Positions 1-12,544 of a stretch of 64,000 nucleotides of DNA are shown here, piece by piece. The stretch comes from Macrostomum lignano (taxonomy: Eukaryota): positions 1-64,000 of the forward strand of contig NIVC01004039.1 in NCBI GenBank assembly GCA_002269645.1, read 5' to 3'. The notes under the pieces are model-generated. The model was not told where the DNA came from and ran no database searches. It worked only from the letters and a program-made list of their open reading frames with translations. The position numbers and the translations under genes are program-made. Every line of letters starts with the position of its first letter. The first letter of the stretch is position 1.

Positions 1-47
1 TGTCTGTCTGTCTGTCTGTCTGCTGGCTTTCTGTCTGTCTGTCTGGC

Positions 48-80
<33 letters not shown>

Positions 81-177
81 GGCTTTCTGTCTGTCTGTCT
101 GGCTGTCTGTCTGTCTGTCTGTCTGGCTTTCTGTCTGTCTGGCTGTCTGTCTGTCTGTCTGTCTGTCTGTCTGGCTT

Positions 178-220
<43 letters not shown>

Positions 221-499
221 GGCTTTCTGTCTGTCTGTCTGGCTGTCTGTCTGGCTGTCTGGCTGTCTGGCTGTCTGTCTGGCTTTCTGTCTGTCTGTCT
301 GGCTGTCTGTCTGGCTGTCTGGCTGTCTGGCTGTCTGTCTGGCTTTCTGTCTGTCTGTCTGGCTGTCTGTCTGTCTGTCTGGCTGTCTGGCTGTCTGTCT
401 GGCTTTCTGTCTGTCTGTCTGGCTGTCTGTCTGGCTGTCTGGCTGTCTGTCTGTCTGTCTGTCTGGCTGTCTGTCTACCTGTCTGTCTGTCTGTCTGGC

Positions 500-536
<37 letters not shown>

Positions 537-662
537 GGCTGGCTGTTTGTCTGTCCGTCTGTCTGTCTGTCTGTCTTTCTATCTGTCTGTGTCTGTCTAC
601 CTGTCTGGCTGTCTGGCTGTCTGTCTGTCTGGCTGTCTATCTGTCTGTCTTAGTGTCTGTCT
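1..662. repeat. (TCTG)n microsatellite with TGGC/TTTC variants
   Basis: Direct reading: near-continuous tgtc/tctg units from the window start. Confidence 0.97.
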
Positions 663-1552
663 GACTGTGTAAAAATAAATACAAACAAATACAAATACAA
701 AAAAATCTGTCTAAAAAAATAAATAAAAAAGACTTGTAAAATCGGATTGCGAATTTGCATGCTTAGATATTTTTGTCAAAAAATGACTGCACACATGCGC
801 TCGTAGAGTTACTCTGTTGCTGGACCCAGATACATGATTCCGTGCATATTTCAACGCGATGGAATTGTTATTATATGTTTTGTTATGCTGCTCCTCGCTT
901 CATCCATATTATAAAACTAATTAGTAATGAAGCTTATATTACTAATGTAGCTTTCTCGCTCGCGCGCTCCCATTTTATGCTTATAAATCGCTTGCTGGAT
1001 TATTATTATCTGACTTATTGATACTTGGCTACTTAAATTAGGGTTTAGCTATAATCTTTATTTGTGTTCCTGCCCTAGATAACTGTTCCTTTTGCACTAG
1101 GACTCGGTTCATTGCTGAGCCTGGCGGGTATGGATTACTGTAGATAAAACGGTTAGATAAATTTGAATAGCTAGATGAGTTTAGAATTTTTCGGTGCATT
1201 TTCTGTTTCTTTGTTTTTAACTCCCCTCCCCGTGGAATTTAGCTGATTAGTTTATTGTCTCCGTTGTAATGGAAAACAAATGCTTTTTGTCAAAAATTTG
1301 TTTAATTTCGGTTTCGCAATTTATTGAGATGGTTTGCTATGAACTGTTTGTGTTGTTTTTTCTGTTGTAAATTGTGCTTAGTCTATTGCAATGAACTGTT
1401 TCAAATTTATTTAATAAATAACATAACTGTGACCGTACGGGATTGTATGAGATGTTTCTCTCTGCTGTCGTTATAAAATCATCTTAATTATTGTTTAAAC
1501 ACACTTATTTAACCTTCATTGTTCTTGATTAGTGAATTCTGTTTTGTCTGTC

Positions 1553-2340
1553 TCATTGGGTTGCCGCTGTGTCCCTTCCCAGTGTCTCATTGGTTGCCAC
1601 TGTGTTCCTTCCTAGTGTCCCATTGAATTGCCGCTGTGTCCCTTCCCAGTGTCCCATTGAATTGCCGCTATGTCCCTTCCTAGTGTCCCATTGAATTGCC
1701 GCTGTGTCCCTTCCAGTGTCCATTGAATTGCCGCTGTGTCCTTTCCCAGTGTCTCATTGAATTGCCGCTGTGTCCTTTCCCAGTGTCCCATTGAATTGCC
1801 GCTGTGTCCTTTCCCAGTGTCTCATTGGTTGCCACTGTGTCCTTTCCCAGTGTCTCTTTGGGTTGCCGCTGTGTTCCTTTCTAGTGTCTCCTTGGGTTGC
1901 CGCTGTGTTCCTTTCTAGTGTCTCCTTGGGTTGCCGCTGTGTTCCTTTCTAGTGTCTCATTGGGTTGCCGCTGTGTTCCTTTCTAGTGTCTCATTGAATT
2001 GCCGCTGTGTCCTTTCCAGTGTCTCCTTGGGTTGCCGCTGTGTTCCTTTCTAGTGTCTCCTTGGGTTGCCGCTGTGTTCCTTTCTAGTGTCTCATTGGGT
2101 TGCCGCTGTGTTCCTTCCTAGTGTCTCATTGGTTGCCACTGTGTCCCTTCCCAGTGTCTCATTGGGTTGCCGCTGTGTTCCTTTCTAGTGTCTCCTTGGG
2201 TTGCCGCTGTGTTCCTTTCTAGTGTCTCATTGGGTTGCCGCTGTGTTCCTTCCTAGTGTCCCATTGAATTGCCGCTGTGTCCCTTTCTAGTGTCTCATTG
2301 GGTTGCCGCTGTGTCCCTTTCTAGTGTCTCATTGGGTTAC
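1553..2340. repeat. ~34-bp minisatellite, ~23 copies
   Basis: Unit tctcattgggttgccgctgtgttcctttctagtg with variants; the spurious ORFs 1736 and 1770 are offset by 34. Confidence 0.93.
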
Positions 2341-2947
2341 AGCGCCGTTTTTGTTCACTTCAAAAAAACTGAATAAAGACTCGCTTATGTTTTTAGCTCG
2401 TATGCAAACTAGTCTATAGAATGCGCTTTTATTTCAAGCTGGGTTAGTTTATTTGTCATATTTCATTGCTGCAGGACCTTGCCAAATATTTTCTTAGTAA
2501 TGACCGCTCAAAGGTAGACCAAATTTTAGACTGATTAGAATCTATTCCTTCACTCAGTTTTTTAAACAAACGCAAGATACTACTTGGGATAATTAGCAGC
2601 ATCGGCTTGGGGGGGGGGTTAGCGCGAAAACGAATGCGCGATACTCTACTGCCAATCCTCAGTTAGTAGCAAGTAACGAAAGTGCAGCAGCAGCGGAAGA
2701 ACGACCATGGTAGGGTTGAAGAAGACTGCGCGCCTGTCTATAGCGGAGAAGAGAAAATTGAATTACGAGCTAGAAATATGAGGGCTTTGAAGTTAAAGAA
2801 AATTGCTAATTTAAAATCAGTACACCAAGATTTACTCCCGAAAACATTAGTTAGAAAGCAAGTAATAAGGCTATATGAAAAGTCTGTCGTCCAGAGTAAA
2901 GCGCGATTGCGTTATCGCTAAAATAAAATGGCCAACGCTTGTTGCGC

Positions 2948-3867
2948 TCATTCGTCCTCCTTGCCGCGTTTGATCAGCGTGACAAATTTGTTATAATCCA
3001 ACTTGCCGGCCTGGATTGGCGCCTCCTTCCAGGTCTGCCGGATCTCGTCGTCCGTGAAATTGTCGCCCATGTTCTTCATCAGGTCACGGAAACTGGAATA
3101 TAACAGAATCGATAAAAGGGTGAACGTTTTAGCAACTTTTTGTAGCTTTTGCAACATTTCTACTTGGAAGTCTTTGATGTCTGGCAACTTTCATCTGACT
3201 TAATGATCATCACAGCTGCACTTCAGCGAGCGGGCAACTCACTATTCCTCGTCCAGGAAGCCCGAGTTGGCATCGTCGAACATTTTGAAGGCGTTGCGCA
3301 ATGCGTCCTCCGGATCGGAGCCGGTCAGCCGTTCGCCGAAGATCTGCAGAAACATGGTGAAGTTCAACGGGCCGGGAGACTCCTTCAGCATCTCCTGCAG
3401 CTCCTTGTCGGTTGGCTGGCGACCTGTGCGGGGAACGAACGAGAGTTACTGAAGCATCACAATTAAAGCCTCTGACACAATGAGCTTCTGTGTTCAGCAA
3501 TGACTTACCAAGGGAGGCGTACATGTCCTTGAGGTCCTCGACATCAATGAAACCGTCGCGATTCTGGTCGATCATGGTGAACGCCTGCGTTTGAGAAGTG
3601 GTCGAGTTGTTTACCGAGCTGCGTTCGGATGTCACAAGGACTGACCAATCTCCAAGCAGAAATTTTACGATTTCAAAAGCTCAATGGCTCTGACTAGCTA
3701 TCATTAGATAATTAATTTCAAGTCTATAATAATACTAAGATTCTGAGTCTCAAACAATGATCCCACAACGTACTAACCTCCTTGAACTCCTGCACCTGCT
3801 GCTGCGGAAAGGCGGCGAAAACGTTGGAAGTCGCTCGTTGGGCGCGCTTGCCTTCCTTCTTGCCATC
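2948..3867 (-). CDS. Myosin regulatory light chain (EF-hand); start codon not located
   Basis: Exons (minus) 3867-3778, 3584-3509, 3423-3243, 3092-2948, all GT-AG. Join reads [30 protein letters not shown]|[26 protein letters not shown]|[29 protein letters not shown]...|...[16 protein letters not shown] and DQNRDGFID are hallmark MRLC motifs. Confidence 0.93.
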
Positions 3868-5441
3868 CTGCAATGAAATTCAAAATAATTACGGTGGATG
3901 GATTAAAAGATAATTGGATTTCCAGCTCGTCTCTTTTGGAAATGCTAAGTGGATTCCATTACTCGATGATTAATTTGCTAGCAACGTGTGATGCTATGCC
4001 GGAATGTTAACGCCAAGTGTGTCAAGTGTCACCTTGGCGAACGCAACACGCGAGGGCCATTAAAAATTCGCGTCAGCGACCCCCAGACCCCCGCACCACA
4101 CAGCACTCACATCATCAGCCATTGTCGCTTCTTAGCTTCGCTAGCAGCCAAGAATGTTGCAAGTTCAAAACTGATTTCGCGCTGAAATGTGAAATTATAT
4201 AATGCCAGCCGGTGGAACAGTTGTCTGTCTATCGCGACTGACGACCAATTTTTCCTTAGCTATAAAATTCAATTCGCCTACCTTGAAAGCACGGAGCGGC
4301 CAACAGACGGGGGAGCAGCCTTGGATGGTTTGGGGAGAAATGCGAAATGACCGAGCGGGCGGGACGGCACTGCGAAAAGCCGCGGACACAGTTTTTGTAT
4401 TCCTTGATGCAGTCGGGTCACGTAGCAAACGACCACGGCAAGGTAAAGAAGTCAAGGCAGCCTCACCGGAGGGATGAGAGAGGGGGGTGGTGTTCCGGAA
4501 CTGGGGTTCAGCGGAGGACGAAAGGAAGGATTCAGCCTGGAACTGCGCGCTGACCTTTTATGGTATGGTAAAAAGGCCATTGCACAGGCCCGCTGCCCAT
4601 CTCTGCATCGTTCGACCGCCCCGGCATCGCCAGGAATGCTGATTGATCAATATTGCCTCGCAAGCATGCGGTGCACTGCCGTTGCGTACTTGGGGGGGGG
4701 GGAATAGGGAAATTCTGACAGTACAGCTGCAGAATCGATCCTATTGAAGCCGTGTGTCTGTCTCTATCCCGCAGTTCTAGCTGCTGTTGCGGTTGCGCAC
4801 GCGGTCAGCAGCTGAACTCGGCGCGGAGAGCCTTGTTCCTGCATCCCCGGCCCTCCAGCGAATTCAGCTACACTGGGTGCACTGTGTGAAGTCGGTTGGC
4901 TGAAGCTGCCAAGCTACACAGTAAAGATTCTGCATCGCGCATGGCAGAAAACTGAACTTACATGGTACCAGTGAGAGGATTTCTGCCACGGTTCCGTCCA
5001 CTCGCAGCTTAAACTGAAGGAAATATTCTTTTGCTTGAGATAAAGTCAACTTCCAATATTTCTGTGCTTCTTTGGTTTATTTCTTTCATGTCTCGGTATA
5101 AATTTTACATTGGTACTTAAACACAAAGAATTATTAAACTTTCATTGCTTTCTATTAGCCTCAGAGGGCTTCCACTCTTCATTATAAGCCTTTCAAAGTC
5201 TTCTGTCGATGAGTGGTGATTCAATTCAGTCCTGTATTATATAGAATTTATAGCTCGTCCTTTTTAATAATTCTTAAGCTGTGTTCACTAGCTTTCATGA
5301 AGTTAATTCAATGGTAAGCAACTATTATGGGATGCTTTACAATTACAAACTGGCAAACAGCCAATTAAGGACGTCGTGTCACTCAGGAGGGACATCAAGT
5401 TCAGTCAAGAGGCAACCATGCCATTCATAAAGGACATCGTG

Positions 5442-5900
5442 TCAGTCAGAATTGCCTCGCGAACCATCCCGACGCAGAAGCAGCGCAATCAGTAGCATCA
5501 AGATGAGGCCAAGGAAGCTGAGAAAGGCCATCGTGACGCAAATAATCTTGCCAGCATCGCCGGCTGTCCAGCCTGTGCCGTCGTCTCCGACGTGCCCGTC
5601 TGAGCTGCCTCCTTGGCCGCCGCCGCTGCCGCCGAAGGCGCGGCCGCTTCGCAGCCTCCAGCTGTCGCCGCAGACTCGGCGCAGGCTCCGATTCCAGTCT
5701 GGCGGCAGGTTGGCCGGCGTCTCGCTGCTGCACTCCTCGGCATCGTTACTGCTCAGCCGCTCGCTGGTCCACGGATCCAGTGGTTGAGTCATCAGGGCCA
5801 TTTCGTGCAGGCTGAGCATGGGCAAGTCGCTCTTTGTCATCGTTATGGCTGACTGGCTTTTGTCTGCGTTTAGTCTGTTAGCGGAATACAATTCGGTCAT
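5442..5900 (-). CDS. Putative 152-aa single-pass membrane protein, unknown function
   Basis: GC-rich ATG-started ORF with a Gly-rich linker, a hydrophobic segment IICVTMAFLSFLGLILMLLIALLL and basic RR stop-transfer residues. No family recognised. Confidence 0.45.
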   Translation of the reverse strand: MTELYSANRLNADKSQSAITMTKSDLPMLSLHEMALMTQPLDPWTSERLSSNDAEECSSETPANLPPDWNRSLRRVCGDSWRLRSGRAFGGSGGGQGGSSDGHVGDDGTGWTAGDAGKIICVTMAFLSFLGLILMLLIALLLRRDGSRGNSD

Positions 5901-6725
5901 CAGCAGCCGGTTAACTCCAGTCAGAGACGTGGATCATAATCCTGTGCTGTGAGACGTTGCTGGCAAATATGCAAATTTACATTACATCGGCCGATAACGA
6001 CGTCATACCTCGGCCGAACGTCGGTGCAATGTAAAAGTACGTATCTATCAGCGACGTCGTTAGACGTCGGAAACGTCGGTCGACGTTATCGACGTCGAAT
6101 AAATGTAATTAACTATAAAGTGAGCAAGAATAAAATGAATTCATAAAGCTTACCTTTGCACCTTGAAGCAGAGTTCATTAGCCCATGCACGGCGGTTAAT
6201 GCACTTGACTAATATACAGATCAAGCTGGGGCAGAGGGGACTCTAATTGAGCAGTTCTCATGCGCACTCATGAGCATGCAATGAGCAGATCTAGAGGAAA
6301 GCAAATAGCAATTAATGATTACATGAGTCTATCCGACAATGGAATACAGCCAATGGCCAAGCTCGTCTGCCGATCATGCAGTTCGAATCAGATTGCTCTG
6401 AGCGCGAACGAGGCCGATCTCCTCTCTTCTTCTCTCCTCTCCGGGGTCCCTAATCTCCTTTGCATGGCTGCGTCTGTGCTGCTACTTAATTCCAGATAAG
6501 AATTGTCAAATCCGATGCGCTGGGGCGGCAACTATTTGATCTACGGCGTTAATCCGTCCACGCTTTCAATGCTCTCGTGTCGAGTTGTGTTTGGTAATAA
6601 AAAACCCAGATTTTACCACTGCTACACATGTACCAGCTCGTATGCTACAAATTTTCGGTTTTATCTGCTGCCTTCTGAAAAGTTCCATTTCCAGAATCAT
6701 GACAAGTGCGAACGTAAAATATTTT

Positions 6726-6912
6726 TACTCACTTGGTGTCCGGGCTTGCTCCCTGCGGCTGCTAAGCTTACCTACTCACTTGGTGTCCGGGCTTGCTCCC
6801 TGCGGCTGCTAAGCTTACCTACTCACTTGGTGTCCGGGCTTGCTCCCTGCGGCTGCTAAGCTTACCTACTCACTTGGTGTCCGGGCTTGCTCCCTGCGGC
6901 TGCTAAGCTTAC
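6726..6912. repeat. 47-bp tandem repeat, ~4 copies
   Basis: tactcacttggtgtccgggcttgctccctgcggctgctaagcttacc repeats at 6726, 6773, 6820 and 6867. Confidence 0.92.
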
Positions 6913-7463
6913 GTCTTCAACTGTTAGATTAGGAAGAGGTGCAAATTTTTATCCAGTTGTGTTGCACCAGCATGACACAAGACACACAACACAAGGTAAC
7001 CTGGGCTGGGCCATTATCGTAATAATCGCTTCATCAATATAAAGGCTGTGTGTGACAAGCACAACAGGTTCGCAAAGAACTCAGAGCATGTTTGTTATCT
7101 ATAAAACTATGATTGAAAAGCAGTACAGGTACTTGAAATGCCCAAAGTGCTTTAGAAATAATTTAAACTAACAAGCAGTTTCGAATTGGATTTCCACTAG
7201 AAAAAGGCATTAGTATAAACGATGAATAATTCAGCTGTATTCATGATAGAACGGTTCGTACATGTACATAATAATTATGAGCATATTAAGACACAAAACT
7301 GAAGACTGCTATGCTGATTAAATGAGCATTAATAAAAGCGTATAGAAATGCAAAAAAGCTTGTACTTTTAGTCTCGCGAATCCAGTGTCGATTAAACTAG
7401 CTATTTTATTTACAAATCGATAAATCGATAACAAAATATTGATCAGAGTTGAATCTGGATCAT

Positions 7464-10362
7464 TCAGGCCTTTCCGACTGTTCTCTGCCGCGGCCCCGTG
7501 ACTGAGGGCTCCGCTCCGATCGGCTCCGCCTCTGGCCTGCAAAAAAAACAAAATAAAAAACCTCACTTTTCTCGTTTCAAGTGAATGGCAATAATAGAGA
7601 ATTTGTAGTATAGACGCTACTTTCAATAGAAATAATTTTTTCGAGCTTAACTTAAAATAATAATATTACACAGCAGTAGCAGCACACCTACTGAAGAGCA
7701 CCGAGGGCAGCAGCACACCTACTGAAGAGCCCTGAGGGAAGCAGCACACCTACTGAAGAGCACCGAGGGCAGCAGCACACCTACTGAAGAGCCCTGAGGG
7801 AAGCAGCACACCTACTGAAGAGCACCGAGGGCAGCAGCACACCTACTGAAGAGCCCTGAGGGAAGCAGCACACCTACTGAAGAGCACCGTGGGCAGCAGC
7901 ACACCTACTGAAGAGCCCTGAGGGCAGCAGCACACCTACTGAAGAGCACCGAGGGCAGCAGCACACCTACTGAAGAGCCCTGAGGGCAGCAGCACACCTA
8001 CTGAAGAGCACCGAGGGCAGCAGCACACCTACTGAAGAGCCCTGAGGGCAGCAGCACACCTACTGAAGAGCACCGAGGGCAGCAGCACACCTACTGAAGA
8101 GCCCTGAGGGCAGCAGCACACCTACTGAAGAGCCCTGAGGGCAGCAGCACACCTACTGAAGAGCCCTGAGGGCAGCAGCAACCAGCATGGACCCACACTC
8201 ACTCATCGTCAGGCGCGTCCAAATCGACCAGTTCCGGCGGTTCATCGCTGTCGTCATAATAGTCAGCCTCCGCAGCTGCCGGCGCCGCATCATCGACAAG
8301 ATCATCATCGTCATCTTCGTCATCCTCATCATCATAATCATAGTCATCGTCTCCGTCTGTTTTCTTTCGCCTAGCCCGAGCGGCGGCGGCGGCGGCCTTC
8401 GAACTTGGGGAGCTCTCGCGCAGACAGCAACAGTAAGCAATGAGTAGCACTACCGGTAGTACAACTCCAACTAGCAGCGCCGCCCAAATCCACGGCCTAT
8501 CGTTGGTGGCATCGCGCACCGCGTCAAAAACAGCCTGCAGAGCCGAGTCCTGTTGGCGCTCAGCCTGGCGCTTTATCGACCAAGTCTGATCGGCGAAGGA
8601 GTCGGCTAGCGGCTTGCGATCGACTATCAGCAAATTGTCAAATGCGACGCCTTCAGTCACGGACCAGAGCTCAAAGCCGATGGCACCAATGGGTGAAAAT
8701 TTCCAAGGCTGCTTGTCCACGAACCCATCCGCATTGGCAATCCGGCGGGGTCGCCAGGCGCCTCTGTAGGCCGGATTGTCCACCAATGGCGGAGTCCACT
8801 GGCCACGGTACAGGGGATTCCTCACTTTCGGCCGAGTCCATGGCCCGCAGCCGGGCGCGTCTTTGCACCTTGGAATTCAAAGTGTGAGTGGGTAGGGGCA
8901 CCTTCTGATAGTTGAGAGGTAGAGGCGCCCCTGAAGTAGCTGAGGGTGTAGAGGGGCTCTCTGAAGTAGCTGAGGGTGTAGAGGTGCTCTCTGAAGTAGC
9001 TGAGGGGGTAGAGGTGCCCCCTGAAGTAGCTGAGGGTGTAGAGGGGCTCTCTGAAGTAGCTGAGGGTGTAGAGGTGCCCCCTGAAGTAGCTGAGGGTGTA
9101 GAGGTGCTCTCTGAAGTAGCTGAGGGGGTAGAGGTGCCCTCTGAAGTAGCTGAGGGTGTAGAGGTGCCCCCTGAAGCAGCTGAGGGTGTAGAGGTGCCCT
9201 CTGAAGTAGCTGAGGGTGTAGAGGTGCTCTCTGAAGTAGCTGAGGGGGTAGAGGTGCCCTAAAAGAGTAGCATGAAGAGCACGCATTCACCGGCCTCTCA
9301 CTTGGGATTTTCGATGTGCGCCGGCTGCCAGGCTCCGTCGATGTCGTCATCCCAGTCGGCCGGCTTTTTAGCCGTCGTGTCGGGCACGGTCGGCGGCTCG
9401 TCCAGCAGCCAGCCGGCCGGCACGCTGGCCTGGGCATCGTCGATGAACTCCGACTGCGACTCGTCCCAGTCGGCCGGCCGGACAGCTTTGGGATCTGGGA
9501 TTTTTTCTCGATCATCCCAATCGGCCGGCTTCTGGTCGGTGGAATCGTCCGCATCCGGCGGAGGATTCACTGGCGGCTGGAGGTCCTCCAGAAGGCTGCC
9601 ATTGTTAACTAGCACTTGATCGATATACACTTGGAAACTGTTGTCCGAGCTGACAACCAGAGTGTACAGGTGAGTTCGCTTGTCATTGAAGTAGGCGCTC
9701 AAATCTACTTGAGGCTTTCTGGCGTGTTTCTCTTCTACATTGCCGGTTGCTGGGCAGCGGTGGCGCAGTATAAAGTGCAGCTTGTGCTCCGGGCCGCATT
9801 TGTCAGGCCCGAACATGATAGTGTAGGCTGTCCTGTCAGTGAACTCTGTCAGGTTAAGGCTGGGACTGTCAGTCAGCAGTTTCAGATAGGCGCCGCCGCA
9901 CTCCATGCCGTGCTGGAATTTCACATCGTACTGCAGAACAAATTGCTTGTCGGGCTGGTCGAACACAAATGGCCGGTCGAGCTTGGCCGAGATGGCGTAG
10001 TGCTTTGCTGGACTCTTCATCACGAGAGCGTAGTCGCCCTCGATGGCAGAGCTATCCGGCACCTCTACGGACCACTGGCCATCGTACTTGTCTGCCAGCT
10101 CATCAGAGTCCTTCTTTGACTGGGACAGAACTAGACCATGGTCGGCTGGACTTCCTGGGCCGGGAAAATACTGCGCATAATATGCACCATCTGGTAGCTT
10201 TGGTGGAGCGAATCTTGGCTTGGAGCCTACTGCGGTGGCTGGAGTCGGCTGTCCACTAGCTTTAAAATTATCAGCCTTGTTGATTTTGGTTTCAGGCTTA
10301 TGAGCATGCAGATGAGTACAGAACAAGTAGAGTAGTGCAATAATTGAGTTGTGCCACTTCAT
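7464..10362 (-). CDS. CANX: Calnexin
   Basis: Exons (minus) 10362-9302, 8868-8203, 7536-7464; both introns phase 2, GT-AG. Signal peptide, lectin motifs (HGMECGGAYLKL, YTIMFGPDKCG), P-domain repeats (KPADWD, IPDP, NPKCKDAPGCGPW), TM segment, acidic tail ending GPRQRTVGKA*. Confidence 0.95.
7676..8180. repeat. 31-32-bp minisatellite in calnexin intron 2, ~16 copies
   Basis: Unit gcagcagcacacctactgaagagc(accga/cctga)ggg, with alternating variants. Confidence 0.95.
8918..9260. repeat. 30-bp minisatellite in calnexin intron 1, ~11 copies
   Basis: Unit gtagaggtgccccctgaagtagctgagggt. Confidence 0.95.
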
Positions 10363-11926
10363 TGCCAAGTTTGGATGATCAACTTCACTGTCAATAAATT
10401 CATGAGAAAGGCAAAGATGGAATGAATGCTTTTAATATTAAAAACCGAAGTATATAAAATGGTATGTTATGTACTTGAAATATGAGTTTTTCAATAGAAA
10501 TCAGTAATATATTTGTTTTATCTATTTAAATATTTAAAAAATTATGACTAATACAACACTTACAGTATCATATAGCTATTTCATTTCTATGTTAGCACAT
10601 ATTTTGATGGAATGATTTGTTCAATTGATATAGTCTATAATATTAGTTATTAGTTAATATTGAAAAAATATTCAATTATTAAATTTATAAATTATATAAA
10701 ATTATGTCATCTTATTTTAACATTTCAAAAGTTTGTGACTACAAATTTTAGAGGTTTAGGTATAAAAGGTACCAAAGCCCGAAGTGTATAATGTTAACTG
10801 ATAGACACTCTACCCATCACATCAGATCATTGTATTTGTCTGCTGTAAATTGTAGACAATTGTTGCCAACCCAACTGCAGACACGCGATCAAAAACCAAA
10901 AAGGATTTTTTCGCCTAGCAGGCCGAGGTGTGATTTGCTTGATCTCCTTTCCCAAAAACATAAAGTGGTGAAGATTTTGTATCAGTAAAAGATAATGTAT
11001 TTTAGATAACTAAATGTGTCATTGACTCATTACAGTAGCCGTTTATTGTAGTCTTAAATTACTAGGGGGTTCCAGCAGGGGGTTCCAGCAGGGGGTTCCA
11101 GCAGGGGGTTCCAGGAAAAAAAGCGAAAAATTCAGTAATGTTAAAATTTGTGATCTAAGCTTTTACGCTGCTAGTTAAAAGCCATTTACTTAATTTATAC
11201 ACATTTTGTTTTCTTAAGACTGAGGCACATAATATGTTATGCAATATTGTTCTGGTCAATATAACGTTGTTGTTATAACTTGTAGTATAGTTCTAAATCA
11301 AATGTAAAAAAGAAATTACAAAATTGCAATTGCTAAAATAAGAGTTCGACGAAGGTTAGTTCAGCATCAAATTCTATGCTTTCATGTTTGTAGAGCTTAT
11401 ACATGATGCTATGGTAAGGAAATTATTGTCGGCGTAGAAGTCGGTTCTGTCCAGATCATGTCTAATATACTGCTTCCACTTATCCTTAGGCCTATCTTCA
11501 TGTGTACATTATGTACATGCATTAGGGGCTTTTAGGGCTATCCCACTTTTACCTTTTAGTCTACCTACTACTACCTAGTACCTAAGGCCTAGGCTAGGCC
11601 TATGCTATGGATGGCTATGTGTATAAAATTTTTGTTATAGTGGGACCCTTTCTATTTAAATTTTGTAGGCTTGTAGGTCTTTGTTAATTTTTAAATCTAT
11701 TTTAGGCCCTATTAATAATTTTATAGCATTCCTAGTGCTAATCCACTCTCCCCAAGATGCTGTTTTCTCCACAAATTTGTGGCATGCATGAGGGTTTTTG
11801 GCCCCTGCACTGCGTGCATTATCACGTGCAGTGAGACTTCATGCACAGTGCATATATAAAATTTTTGTATGCAGCTGTGCCATAGCCTCATAGGCCTAGT
11901 CTCAAAGATGTTCCATGCATGCAACC

Positions 11927-12513
11927 CATGGTCAGGAAGGTGCAGCGTGTGCGCCGGAATAACATCCATCAAAATTTTTGTTGTGCGCCGCGTGCGCCGA
12001 GAAAAAAAAATTACTTGTGCGCCGCGTGCGCCGAGAAAAAAAAATTACTTGTGCGCCATGCGCCAAGAAAAATACACTTGAAAAAGCACCATCAAGTATT
12101 AAGTATCTAAATTGAATCAATATCAATGGAAGTTCAAGCAGTTCAATCATAGCTTCTATTTGCAAAATATAAGCAAAAAGACGCAACAAAAGCCGCGAAA
12201 GGCGCAAATTTGTTAAGTTTGTTAAGTCGATTAATGAAATTTGAAATAGAAACAACATTGGAAATAACGACTATCGTATCGACTATCGTTTATTTTATTG
12301 ATTGATTGACATTTAATATACAATATCATTATTATATTGTCACGTACACTGACGTACCTTGTGCGCCATGCGCCGAGCCATGCACCAATGCACCGAGCCA
12401 TGCGCCGATGCGCCGAACCCATGCGCGCGGCGCAGTGAAGTGTGCGCCGTGCGCCGGCAAATTGCTGATTTGCGCCGGAAAATTCCGAGGATTCTACCGT
12501 CTTCCTGGCTGTG
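11927..12513. mobile_element. Putative non-autonomous TIR element (Mutator-like MITE)
   Basis: Imperfect terminal inverted repeats catggtcaggaag / cttcctggctgtg (10 of 13 match). Flanking direct repeat GCATGCAAC at 11917-11925 and 12514-12522 is a TSD of MULE length (9-10 bp). The interior is rich in tgcgcc motifs. Confidence 0.5.
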
Positions 12514-12544
12514 GCATGCAACAAAACTTTTTGACTCTATGGCC

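Noticed and set aside
4195-4455. Possible first coding exon of MRLC ending at the donor AAG|gtaggc (~4280)
   Set aside because: There is no ATG in frame and no resemblance to MRLC N-termini.
8822-9286. Repetitive ORFs over minisatellites (8822, 8912, 20309, 44482-45311, 51884-52829, 53193, 53829, 56201, 57821)
   Set aside because: They are translations of intronic or 3' tandem repeats; canonical splice sites around the arrays restore the conserved proteins without them.
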